From NCBI GenBank assembly GCA_021158435.1, contig JAGGUQ010000010.1, positions 1-45,492 on the forward strand: a stretch of DNA of 45,492 nucleotides. Reading direction: 5' to 3'. This DNA comes from a bacterium. Lineage in GTDB: Bacteria; Patescibacteriota; Patescibacteriia; UBA2591; MWDC01. Made by a program: the position numbers and the translations under genes. Positions 18,779 through 27,387 of the stretch are shown one piece after another (within the stretch, counting starts at the first letter, position 1; each line of letters opens with the position of its first letter). A model generated the notes under the pieces. It saw only the letters and a program-made list of their open reading frames with translations. It did not search any database and was not told the origin of the DNA.

Positions 18779-19291
18779 ATGCCAAAAACACGCAAACAAA
18801 AAGAAAAAATTATAAAAGAATTAGAGGAAACCTTAACAAAGGCTAAGATTGTTTTATTTACAGACCATTATGGTTTATCAGCCAATGAATTGAATGAACT
18901 AAGGAGCAAGTTAAGGGAGAACAATTGTAAGTATCAAGTGATAAAAAAAACTCTTTTGTGTAAGGTTGTGAATGATAATTTAAAACAAAAAGTTGAGGAA
19001 TTACAAGGGGGCCTAGGTTTAGTTTTTGGACTTGAAGATGAAATTGTTCCAGTGAAAATAGCCAGTAAATTTGCTAAAGAAAAGCAGAATTTTAAGGTTC
19101 TTGGAGGGATTTGGGGGAACGAATATTTAGGAGAACAGGATGCAGCTGATCTAGCAAAATTACCCTCAAAACAAGAATTAACTGCTTTGCTTGTAGGAGG
19201 GTTAAAGGCTCCTTTAACTCGTTTTGTTGGAGATTTGAAGTCTAATTTAGTTAAATTGGTTTATATTTTAGATAGTTTAACAAAAAAGTAA
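18779..19291 (+). CDS. rplJ: 50S ribosomal protein L10
   Basis: KQKEKII..L, DHYGLS..L.ELR, VIKKTL, LAKLPSKQEL; followed by rplL. Confidence 0.95.
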   Translation: MPKTRKQKEKIIKELEETLTKAKIVLFTDHYGLSANELNELRSKLRENNCKYQVIKKTLLCKVVNDNLKQKVEELQGGLGLVFGLEDEIVPVKIASKFAKEKQNFKVLGGIWGNEYLGEQDAADLAKLPSKQELTALLVGGLKAPLTRFVGDLKSNLVKLVYILDSLTKK

Positions 19292-19293
19292 TT

Positions 19294-19734
19294 ATGAGCG
19301 AAGAAAAAAAACAAGAAAAAAAACAAGATGAAAAACAAGAGAAGGAGATTCCAGAAAAGTTTAAAAAAATTATTCAAGAAATAGAAAAGTTGAATATTCT
19401 GGAATTATCTCAGTTAGTAAAGGTCATGGAAGAAAAGTACGATATTTCTCCTGTAGCCATGGCTCCTACTGCTGGAGTTAGCGCAGGACAGGAAGGAGGA
19501 CAAGGGCAAGGCGAAAGTGAGCAGACAGTGTTTAATATAGAATTGACTGATGCAGGAGATAATAAAATAGGAGTGATAAAAGCACTGAGAGAAATTGTTC
19601 AGATTGGCTTAAAAGAGGCAAAGGACTTAGTAGATAATGCTCCTCAGATAGTTAAAGAAGGAGTTTCTCGTGAGGAAGCTGATGAAATTAAAAAGAAGTT
19701 AGAACAAGCTGGAGCAAAGGTTAGCTTGAAATAA
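19294..19734 (+). CDS. rplL: 50S ribosomal protein L7/L12
   Basis: LELSQLVK..EEK, KIGVIKALRE..IGLKEAKDLVD, LEQAGAKV. Confidence 0.97.
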   Translation: MSEEKKQEKKQDEKQEKEIPEKFKKIIQEIEKLNILELSQLVKVMEEKYDISPVAMAPTAGVSAGQEGGQGQGESEQTVFNIELTDAGDNKIGVIKALREIVQIGLKEAKDLVDNAPQIVKEGVSREEADEIKKKLEQAGAKVSLK

Positions 19735-19740
19735 CTTCTT

Positions 19741-21738
19741 TTATTTTTTCTCTAAAGGAAAAGAAAATATTCTTGTTCCATTAAGGACAAGAATATTTTC
19801 TTGTTTTTGTTTTATATCTTTTATATCATCCAAGACAGGACTAGAAATTTGTTTAATTAAATTCCCTTCCTTATCATAGATAATGACTCGGTTTGTTTTA
19901 TTTTCTGCTAAATAAAGATATTTTGTTTCAGGAGATGTACTAAAGAAATTAAGTTCAGTGATTAAAGGAAATATATTCTCAAAATTAAATGTTTGTTCTT
20001 CTCCTAGGTAAAATTTGGAAATTAAGCCATTGCTCTTAGCTAAATAAATAGAACCATCAATAGCAAAATTAACAACATTTGTAAAATTGCAGGCTTGATT
20101 TTCTTTTAACCATTTTGCGCCATTAGCAAAACCAGCAATTGTTTCAGGGTATCTAAAAATTTGATTTTGAGTTTTATCCAAGATGTAAATTCTTCCTCCA
20201 TAATAGGCAATGTTTGAAATCTCCTGATTTTCTTCTGATTTTTCAATTTTCAAAGGGGTTAAAGAATTGGTCTTAAGATTAAAGCGACTAATACCATTTT
20301 GTTTATCAACAAGGAGGATATTATCTTTGTCTAAAGAAATTATTTTTTTAATTTCAGGGATGTTTTTAAAGGAAGTAATAGCTTCACCTTGGTTAAGTTT
20401 CAAATTTATTTGATAAAGTGTATTGGTTTGTTTATTAACTAGATAAAAACTATTTTCATCTTTTGTGATTAAGTTTGTTGGGTTGAAAGGTGAGCCAAGG
20501 GTATTTAAATCAAATATAGCTGAAAGTTCAGGTAAATAATGGTATTGATAATTTTCTTCTAAGTAGGTAAGCCATTCTTGGTTTAAGTTATTAAAAACTT
20601 CTTCTGCTGTTTTGCTATTTTTTGGGAAAGATTCGAGGATATTTTTTAAGTCTTCTAAAAGAGATATTTTTTCTTTTTCTTGGGCTGAATCTAATTGTTG
20701 CTTTTTTGTCCTAAATTCAGCAGTGAAATCATCTATTAAAGCTTGTTCTTTTTGTAATTGAGCATTTTTTCTTGAGATAATGATGTTTTGAACAAGTAAA
20801 AGTAAAACAAGGACAACAGAAACAATAATGAATTTTTGCCATTTAGTTAAAGGAAAGAACTCCCTTAAATTTTTTGAAGATTTTTGAGATGACACATTTG
20901 CTTTTATTGAAGGTGATTTGCCTTGTTCAAATTCATAAGTTTGAGGACGAAAAATTTCCTCTATTCTTTCTTCTTCTGTTTTTTCTGATCCTTTTCGTTT
21001 TGCCCTTGTTTTGCTTTGTATTTTTTCTTCTTTTTCTTGTTTATTCTCCTCAATTTCTTGGTTAATTTCTTGTTTTTGGTCTTGTTCTTCTGACTTTAGA
21101 ATGAGGCCAACGAGATTAAAGTTTAACTTTCCCAATGAATCTTCATTTAGACTATTGTTTTTCAAAAGATTGGTTATTCTTTTTTCAGTAAAATAGTCAA
21201 AAAGGTAGCTAAGAGTGAAAAAAAGAATGTCACCTTTTTCAATTTTCCCACTAATAAGATTAACAAATTTATTTTCCTGTTTTTTCTCTGGCTCAATTAT
21301 TTCAACTTTATCTCCACTAATTGAAAGAAAAACAAAATTACCAAACCAAGAACAATATATTTCTTGTTCTTTAATTAAGACAAGATTCAGTTTAATTCGT
21401 TCCACCCAGTTATTTTCATCTCGTAGAGATTCTCTTTTTAGCCATTCATTGATCTGACCAATAAGATTTTCAAAATTATTTTGGATAGATTGGTTTGCTA
21501 AAAGAGGATTATAGTAGTTATCCTCTATATAGGAAGCTAATTTTTCAACAAACTTTTTACTGAATTCTTTTTGTTCTTTTTTAATGGGTTGATAAGAAGA
21601 GAAGTTGGCTAAAATATATATATCCCCAAATTTTTTAAATTTAGCTTGGGCTTTTATAGGGTAAATTAAAGGATAGTTTGTTGCTTTTTGTTGGTTGTTC
21701 CAACAAAAATGGGAAATTTTTATCTGAGTGGTTGCCAT
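19741..21738 (-). CDS. Single-pass membrane protein: degenerate PP2C-like N-terminal region and C-terminal NHL/beta-propeller
   Basis: One TM helix (FIIVSVVLVLLLLV); IYILDK, FAIDGSIY, LYLAE..NRVIIYDKEG blades; the N-terminal fold assignment is tentative. Confidence 0.65.
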   Translation of the reverse strand: MATTQIKISHFCWNNQQKATNYPLIYPIKAQAKFKKFGDIYILANFSSYQPIKKEQKEFSKKFVEKLASYIEDNYYNPLLANQSIQNNFENLIGQINEWLKRESLRDENNWVERIKLNLVLIKEQEIYCSWFGNFVFLSISGDKVEIIEPEKKQENKFVNLISGKIEKGDILFFTLSYLFDYFTEKRITNLLKNNSLNEDSLGKLNFNLVGLILKSEEQDQKQEINQEIEENKQEKEEKIQSKTRAKRKGSEKTEEERIEEIFRPQTYEFEQGKSPSIKANVSSQKSSKNLREFFPLTKWQKFIIVSVVLVLLLLVQNIIISRKNAQLQKEQALIDDFTAEFRTKKQQLDSAQEKEKISLLEDLKNILESFPKNSKTAEEVFNNLNQEWLTYLEENYQYHYLPELSAIFDLNTLGSPFNPTNLITKDENSFYLVNKQTNTLYQINLKLNQGEAITSFKNIPEIKKIISLDKDNILLVDKQNGISRFNLKTNSLTPLKIEKSEENQEISNIAYYGGRIYILDKTQNQIFRYPETIAGFANGAKWLKENQACNFTNVVNFAIDGSIYLAKSNGLISKFYLGEEQTFNFENIFPLITELNFFSTSPETKYLYLAENKTNRVIIYDKEGNLIKQISSPVLDDIKDIKQKQENILVLNGTRIFSFPLEKK

Positions 21739-21779
21739 AATTATAATTTGGAGATATATTGATATTATAAGAATATACT

Positions 21780-22214
21780 ATGCAAACAAAATCTGTAAAG
21801 ACATATATTTACTTTAATACCTTATTCCCCAGAAAAAAAATTTGGCTGATTAGAGAGAATAAAATTATTCAAAGGGTTTATTTTCGCTCAAAGAAAAACA
21901 GAGAAGAGCCGATTTTGTTTTGCTTAGATAAAATTTTAAAAAAATCAAATTTAAAAATTGAAAATATATCAGCTATTATTGTCAATAAAGGGCCAGGACA
22001 TTTTACTAGTGTTCGTAAAATTTTAATAGTTGTAAACATCTTAAGTTGGTATATAGACATCCCTGCTTTTGGTATTGTTTTGAAAGAGGAATTAGATGAG
22101 GAACAAGAAAAAAAATTGGTTAATAAAGCTATTAATCAAGTAAATAAATTAAAAACCAAGCAGATGATTTTGCCAGTTTATTTAAAAGGGGCAGATATAA
22201 AAAAATCTAATTAA
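21780..22214 (+). CDS. tsaB: Short TsaB/YeaZ-like protein (t6A biosynthesis)
   Basis: IIVNKGPGHFTSVRK resembles GPGSFTGLR; C-terminal PVY; only 144 aa. Confidence 0.7.
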   Translation: MQTKSVKTYIYFNTLFPRKKIWLIRENKIIQRVYFRSKKNREEPILFCLDKILKKSNLKIENISAIIVNKGPGHFTSVRKILIVVNILSWYIDIPAFGIVLKEELDEEQEKKLVNKAINQVNKLKTKQMILPVYLKGADIKKSN

Positions 22215-22223
22215 CAAAGTATT

Positions 22224-23123
22224 ATGAGTGTAGTTTTTGATATAGGAGGGACAAACATCCGTTTAGGAGTTATTTCTTGCCAAAAGCAACTAAAATATTT
22301 CAAACAAGTTAAAACTCCAAAGACTTTAAAAAGGTTTAAAAAAGAAATATCAGAATTGCTTAAGCCGGCAAATATACAAAAAGAGTTAAAAGTGAAAAAG
22401 TATTTGGGGGTTAGTTTAGCCGGATGGATAGATGAGAAAAACAATAAAGTGATTTCTTCACCAAACATTCCTTATTTAAAAAATATTTATTTAAAAGAAA
22501 TTTTTCCCTGGGAAAAAGACGTAAATATTTACTTAGAAAATGACGCTAATGCTGCAGCTTTAGCTGAGAGTCAATTTGGCAAAGGTAAAAATTGTAACAA
22601 TTTTGTCTTTCTAACGATTGGTACAGGTATAGGAGCAGGAATTATTATTAATAGGAGATTGTATAAAGGCTTAGGTTTGGCAGGTGAAATAGGACACACT
22701 CAAATTGTTTTTAACGGAGAAAAGTGCAACTGTGGCAATTATGGCTGCCTTGAAACATTGTCTTCAGGTAGGGTATTAGATAAGTATTATATTAAGTTAT
22801 TAAAATCTAATCCAAAAGCAAAAGCAGAAGGAATATTTGACTTAGCTCAACAAGGGAATAAAAAAGCAATTGAAATTGTTTTCCGTTTTATTTCTGGATT
22901 AGGCGTTAGTATTTTTAATCTTATTTATCTTTTGCACCCAGATCTTATTGTTCTTGGTGGAGGGTTGTTTTTGTCTAACAAAAGATATATATTGCCAGTT
23001 TTGAAAAAATATGTTAATCTTAAACTTAGGTCGAGTTTATACAAAAAAACAAAGATAGTCCCGACAAGCTTGGGAGAAAGAGCTAGTTTAATTGGGGCAT
23101 CTTTACTTAAAGCTAAGAAATGA
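22224..23123 (+). CDS. ROK family sugar kinase (glucokinase-like)
   Basis: DIGGT, ENDANAAALAE, GTGIGAG, GEIGH, CNCGNYGCLE; no N-terminal HTH. Confidence 0.93.
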   Translation: MSVVFDIGGTNIRLGVISCQKQLKYFKQVKTPKTLKRFKKEISELLKPANIQKELKVKKYLGVSLAGWIDEKNNKVISSPNIPYLKNIYLKEIFPWEKDVNIYLENDANAAALAESQFGKGKNCNNFVFLTIGTGIGAGIIINRRLYKGLGLAGEIGHTQIVFNGEKCNCGNYGCLETLSSGRVLDKYYIKLLKSNPKAKAEGIFDLAQQGNKKAIEIVFRFISGLGVSIFNLIYLLHPDLIVLGGGLFLSNKRYILPVLKKYVNLKLRSSLYKKTKIVPTSLGERASLIGASLLKAKK

Positions 23124-23893
23124 ATATGAAAATTCCTAGTGTTGAAGAATTAGCAAAAAATGCTGTCCATATAGGACATAAAACAGGGAAAATTTGTCCT
23201 CAAATGCTTCCTTATATTAGCGGCATTCAAGCTACTTTGCATATTATTGACTTAGAAAAAACAAGAGAAAAGTTAAAGCAGGCACTAGACTTCTTAAAAA
23301 AGGTTGCTCAGGATAAGGGAATTATTCTTTTTGTTGGCACTAAACCAGTAGCTAAAAAATTAATTAGAGAAACAGCAGAAGCTGTAGATATGCCCTATGT
23401 TAATGAGAAGTGGATAGGAGGAACTTTAACAAATTTTTCAGTGATTTCTAAGTCAATTGAAGAGTTAAAAAAGATGAAAGAAGAAAAAGAGAAAAACGTT
23501 TGGAGCATTTATACAAAAAAAGAACAACTAAATTTATCTAGAAAATTAGAAAAATTAGAAAAACTTGTTGGCGGATTAAGTAACTTAGATAGATTGCCTG
23601 ACGCTTTATTTATTGTTGATTTAGTTGAGGAAAAAACTGCTTTAAAGGAAGCGCGAAAATTAGGCATACCAGTTGTTGCTTTAGTTGACACAAATGCTAA
23701 TCCTACTTTTGTTAAATATCCCATTCCAGCTAATGATGATGCCTTAAAATCAGTTCAGTTTTTATTGGATTTAGTTAAACAAGCAATAAGTTCTGTTAAA
23801 GAAAAGTCAGAAGAAAAAAACGAGGAGAAGAAAGAAGAAGATAAAGAGGATGGAAAAGAAAACAAAAAGAATAAAGATAAAGAGTCGAAATAA
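23120..23893 (+). CDS. rpsB: 30S ribosomal protein S2
   Basis: VHIGH, HIIDL, FVGTK, WIGGTLTN, VDTN, PIPANDD. Confidence 0.97.
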   Translation: MNMKIPSVEELAKNAVHIGHKTGKICPQMLPYISGIQATLHIIDLEKTREKLKQALDFLKKVAQDKGIILFVGTKPVAKKLIRETAEAVDMPYVNEKWIGGTLTNFSVISKSIEELKKMKEEKEKNVWSIYTKKEQLNLSRKLEKLEKLVGGLSNLDRLPDALFIVDLVEEKTALKEARKLGIPVVALVDTNANPTFVKYPIPANDDALKSVQFLLDLVKQAISSVKEKSEEKNEEKKEEDKEDGKENKKNKDKESK

Positions 23894-23926
23894 ATAAAAT
23901 AAATTTATTAATAAAAATTTGAGATT

Positions 23927-24517
23927 ATGGATGTAAATGTAAAAGATATTAAAAAACTGAGGGAATTAACTGGCTTAGGTATAGCTGATTGTAAAAATGC
24001 CCTTTTAAAAGCTCAAGGGGATATAGAAAAAGCAATAAAAATTTTGTCTTCAAAAAGTAAAGATATTGCCCAAGCAAAACAAGGAAGAGAAGTCAGCCAA
24101 GGAGTGATTAGTGCTTATATCCATAGTAATAAAAAAATAGGGGTATTAGTTGAACTGCTTTGCGAGACAGATTTTGTTGCTCGTTTGCCGGAGTTTGAAG
24201 AATTAGCCCACGAAATTGCTCTTCAAGTAGCTGCTACTAACCCTTTGTGGCTTTCTAAAGATGACGTTCCAGAAGAAGTAAAACAAGAACAAAAAGCTTT
24301 CTTTCTTCAAGAGATTGATGCTAACAAACCACCAGAAATTAAGGAAAAAATTTTACAGGGTAAATTAGAACAATTCTATAAGCAAAACTGTTTGTTATCC
24401 CAACCTTATATTAAAGATGATAAAATAACAGTTGAAGATTTGATTAAGCAAAAAATAGGTGTTTTAAAAGAAAATATTAAAGTAGGCAAGTTTGTTAGAC
24501 TGACTTTAGGCGCCTAA
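23927..24517 (+). CDS. tsf: Elongation factor Ts (short form)
   Basis: IKKLRELTG.G..DCK.AL, CETDFVA, LLSQPYIKD. Confidence 0.97.
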   Translation: MDVNVKDIKKLRELTGLGIADCKNALLKAQGDIEKAIKILSSKSKDIAQAKQGREVSQGVISAYIHSNKKIGVLVELLCETDFVARLPEFEELAHEIALQVAATNPLWLSKDDVPEEVKQEQKAFFLQEIDANKPPEIKEKILQGKLEQFYKQNCLLSQPYIKDDKITVEDLIKQKIGVLKENIKVGKFVRLTLGA

Positions 24518-24529
24518 CGTAAACTTATT

Positions 24530-25228
24530 ATGCTTTATGGATTAAAGATAACTGACTGGGACAAGATTTGTTTTGTGCCTTCACATAACCTGAAAGATGG
24601 TGGAGAAAAGACAGCTTCTACTTTGAAGGTAGGGGACAAAGTACTTTTAAAAACTAGTTTAGGGATTGATTTGGCTGAAGTTGTCAGTATAAATGGTGAA
24701 GAAAGTTTTTCTTGCGAAACTGGATCAAAGCAGGAAGCAGTAATTCTAAGAAAAGCAACAAAGGAAGATATAAGAAAAGATGAGTACCTTAATCAGAAAA
24801 AAAAGATAAAGCAGGCAATTAAGGAAAGCGCCCGATATGTTAAAGAGCTTAATTTACCAATGAAGATAATAGATGCTCATTTTTCTTTTGATGGAGGAAG
24901 GGTAACTATTTTTTTTACTGCCCCAGAAAGAATAGATTTTAGAGAGTTGGTTAAGGCTCTTTCCTCGCACTTTCATAAATCTATACGTTTGTATCAGGTT
25001 GGAGTAAGGCAGGTTTTTGAATTAGAAGGAGATATTGGTCCTTGTGGCTATCCTTTATGTTGTCGTTGTTTTTTAAGAGATTTTGATAAGGTTAGCATTA
25101 AAGCAGCTGTTGAACAAAATTTAGCTCATCGAGGAATGGAAAGATTAACTGGTGTTTGTGGCAGATTAAAATGTTGTTTACTTTTTGAACAAAATAAAAA
25201 AGGGAATCAAAATAAAGATGAAAATTAG
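24530..25228 (+). CDS. PSP1-domain / RicT (YaaT)-like Fe-S protein
   Basis: FTAPERIDFRELVK, IGPCGYPLCC, GVCGRLKCCL. Confidence 0.9.
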   Translation: MLYGLKITDWDKICFVPSHNLKDGGEKTASTLKVGDKVLLKTSLGIDLAEVVSINGEESFSCETGSKQEAVILRKATKEDIRKDEYLNQKKKIKQAIKESARYVKELNLPMKIIDAHFSFDGGRVTIFFTAPERIDFRELVKALSSHFHKSIRLYQVGVRQVFELEGDIGPCGYPLCCRCFLRDFDKVSIKAAVEQNLAHRGMERLTGVCGRLKCCLLFEQNKKGNQNKDEN

Positions 25229-25231
25229 TTT

Positions 25232-25882
25232 ATGACAAGAAAAAAGCTTTTTTATTGTATTTTAATACTATTACTTCTCATCTTAATTATTTTAATCGCA
25301 GTTAAATTTATTAATAAAAAGCCTATGGAAGGGTTAAAGGGAATTTTACAAGGCAAAAAGGTCGCTTTAGTTATTGCTCAGGAGGGCTTTCAGGACCAAG
25401 AATTTTCTGAGACAAAAAAAGGATTAGAACAGGCTGAAGCAGAGGTTTATGTTGTTTCAAAGAACACTTTATTCCCAGCAAAGGGTAAATTTGGCTTAGA
25501 AGTAGAACCAGATATTAAGTTAGAAAATTTGAGGGTAGATGAATTTGATGCTCTTGTTTTTATTGGAGGGCCAGGAGCAAGCTCTTACATTGAAGATGAT
25601 ACAGTTCATTCTTTAATTAGAAAAGCTAAAGAAAAAGATAAAGTTTTAGGGGCTATTTGTATTGCCCCAACAATTTTGGCAAAAGCTGGTGTTTTAAAAG
25701 ATGTTCAGGCAACAGTTTGGTCTAGTCCCTTAGATAAATCTCCTGTAGAACTCTTAAAAGAAACAGGAGCAATTTATTTAGATGAGCCAGTAGTTGTTTC
25801 TGGGAAAATTGTGACAGCAAATGGCCCGGAAGCAGCAAAGAAGTTTGCCCAAGCCTTGGTTGAAGTTATTTCTAAACAATAA
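25232..25882 (+). CDS. DJ-1/PfpI family protein with an N-terminal hydrophobic anchor
   Basis: FQDQE, FIGGPG, GAICIAP (catalytic Cys), IVTANGP; alternative start at ATG 25325. Confidence 0.9.
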   Translation: MTRKKLFYCILILLLLILIILIAVKFINKKPMEGLKGILQGKKVALVIAQEGFQDQEFSETKKGLEQAEAEVYVVSKNTLFPAKGKFGLEVEPDIKLENLRVDEFDALVFIGGPGASSYIEDDTVHSLIRKAKEKDKVLGAICIAPTILAKAGVLKDVQATVWSSPLDKSPVELLKETGAIYLDEPVVVSGKIVTANGPEAAKKFAQALVEVISKQ

Positions 25883-25885
25883 GGC

Positions 25886-26899
25886 ATGGAGAAAAAAATT
25901 AAAATCGCTATTAATGGTTTGGGAAGAATAGGTCGAGCAAGTTTTAAAATTGCTTTAGATAATCCCTTTCTCCAGATTGTTGCTGTTAATGATTTGGGTG
26001 ATTTGCCAACAATAGTTCATCTTCTAAAATATGATTCTATTTATGGTAAATGGGGTGAAGAAATTAAGATAAAAGGGAGTTATTTAGAAATTAGAGGTGA
26101 AAAAATATTGGTTTGTTCGGAAAAAGATCCTGGGAAATTACCCTGGAAGGAATTAGATGTTGATATTGTTTTAGAATCAACCGGCGTTTTTAGGGATGAT
26201 TCAGCAAAATTGCATCTTAAAGCTGGAGCAAAAAGAGTGATTATTTCAGCGCCACCAAAAAGTCCGGATATCCCCACTTATATTTTAGGGGTAAATGAAG
26301 ACAAAATAGATATTAAAAAAGATTTAGTTATTTCAAATTCTTCTTGTACAAGCAATTGCTTGGCTCCAGTAGTAAAAGTTTTAGACGATAATTTTGTTTT
26401 AGATAAAGGAGTTTTCACTACAATTCATGCTTATACTAATGACCAAAAAATATTAGATTTGCCTCATAAAGATTTAAGAAGAGCTCGGGCGGCTAACTTA
26501 AATATAATTCCAACAACAACTGGAGCAGCAACTTCAGTTATTGAAGTGCTTCCTCATCTTAAAAATAGATTAACTGGCATAGCAATTAGGGTTCCTGTGC
26601 CAATTGTTTCTTTAATTGATTTTGCTGGTGTGTTTAAGAAGCCAATTTCACGAGATGCAATTAATGATCAATTCAAAAAGGCAAGCTCTACTCAGTTAAA
26701 AGGTGTTTTGGATACAACCGAAGAGCCTTTAGTTTCTTCAGATTTTAAGCAAAACAGGTATTCATCTATTGTTGACTTATCCTTGACTTCTGTACAGGAT
26801 AATTTAGCTAAAGTTGTTGCTTGGTATGATAATGAGTGGGGTTATTCTTGCCGTTACATTGAAATGGCTGAATATATTGGTAAAAAATTAATTCTATGA
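25886..26899 (+). CDS. gap: Type I glyceraldehyde-3-phosphate dehydrogenase
   Basis: INGLGRIGR, SSCTSNCLAP, IIPTTTGAA, WYDNEWGY. Confidence 0.97.
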   Translation: MEKKIKIAINGLGRIGRASFKIALDNPFLQIVAVNDLGDLPTIVHLLKYDSIYGKWGEEIKIKGSYLEIRGEKILVCSEKDPGKLPWKELDVDIVLESTGVFRDDSAKLHLKAGAKRVIISAPPKSPDIPTYILGVNEDKIDIKKDLVISNSSCTSNCLAPVVKVLDDNFVLDKGVFTTIHAYTNDQKILDLPHKDLRRARAANLNIIPTTTGAATSVIEVLPHLKNRLTGIAIRVPVPIVSLIDFAGVFKKPISRDAINDQFKKASSTQLKGVLDTTEEPLVSSDFKQNRYSSIVDLSLTSVQDNLAKVVAWYDNEWGYSCRYIEMAEYIGKKLIL

Positions 26900-27273
26900 A
26901 ACAGTATAACCTACCAATTATTTTTGCTAGCATTGCTTTAGCTCTTTGTTTTATTCAAGGAATGTCTTTTTTGGTTTTTCATCAGTATGTAGTCAATTTT
27001 ATTTTGACAGACGCTCAATTTAAGGAATTTTTAAATAAAGGGTTAATTGAACCTCAATGGGTGGCAACTTCAGTTATTTTTATTGGTTGTTTGTCTTTAG
27101 CTTTATCTTGTTGGTATGCTTTAGCTTTATTTTCTTTAGGAACAAAAAAAGCTTTTTACCATTTTCTTATTCCTTCAATCCTTAGTTTGCTTTTAAATTC
27201 TTGGTTGGTGAGTTTTTTAGGGTTTTTAGCTTGCTATTTTTATTATAAAGAATTTAAAACATTGAATAAATAA
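26896..27273 (+). CDS. Hypothetical membrane protein
   Basis: About three hydrophobic segments; ATGA overlap with gap. Confidence 0.65.
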   Translation: MKQYNLPIIFASIALALCFIQGMSFLVFHQYVVNFILTDAQFKEFLNKGLIEPQWVATSVIFIGCLSLALSCWYALALFSLGTKKAFYHFLIPSILSLLLNSWLVSFLGFLACYFYYKEFKTLNK

Positions 27274-27283
27274 TTTATCTAAA

Positions 27284-27303
27284 TTTTCCACAGTTTATTC
27301 ACA
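27284..27303 (+). promoter_or_regulatory. Two tandem DnaA boxes (TTTTCCACA, TTATTCACA)
   Basis: Both match TTWTNCACA directly upstream of dnaA; a one-mismatch box TTATACTCA lies at 27365-27373. Confidence 0.8.
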
Positions 27304-27321
27304 AGTTATCTTCTTTTTAAA

Positions 27322-27349
27322 TTGGCTTTTATTTTTTTTTGCTTATACT
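27322..27349 (+). promoter_or_regulatory. Putative dnaA promoter (TTGGCT-N16-TATACT)
   Basis: Hexamers lie between the DnaA boxes and the start codon. Confidence 0.6.
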
Positions 27350-27387
27350 AAAATAATATTTTATTTATACTCAGAGCAATTCAAAGT

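Noticed and set aside
25355-25367. AAAGGTCG inside the DJ-1 gene
   Set aside because: It is coding sequence (KKVA) and not near a start codon, so it was not counted as a leader motif
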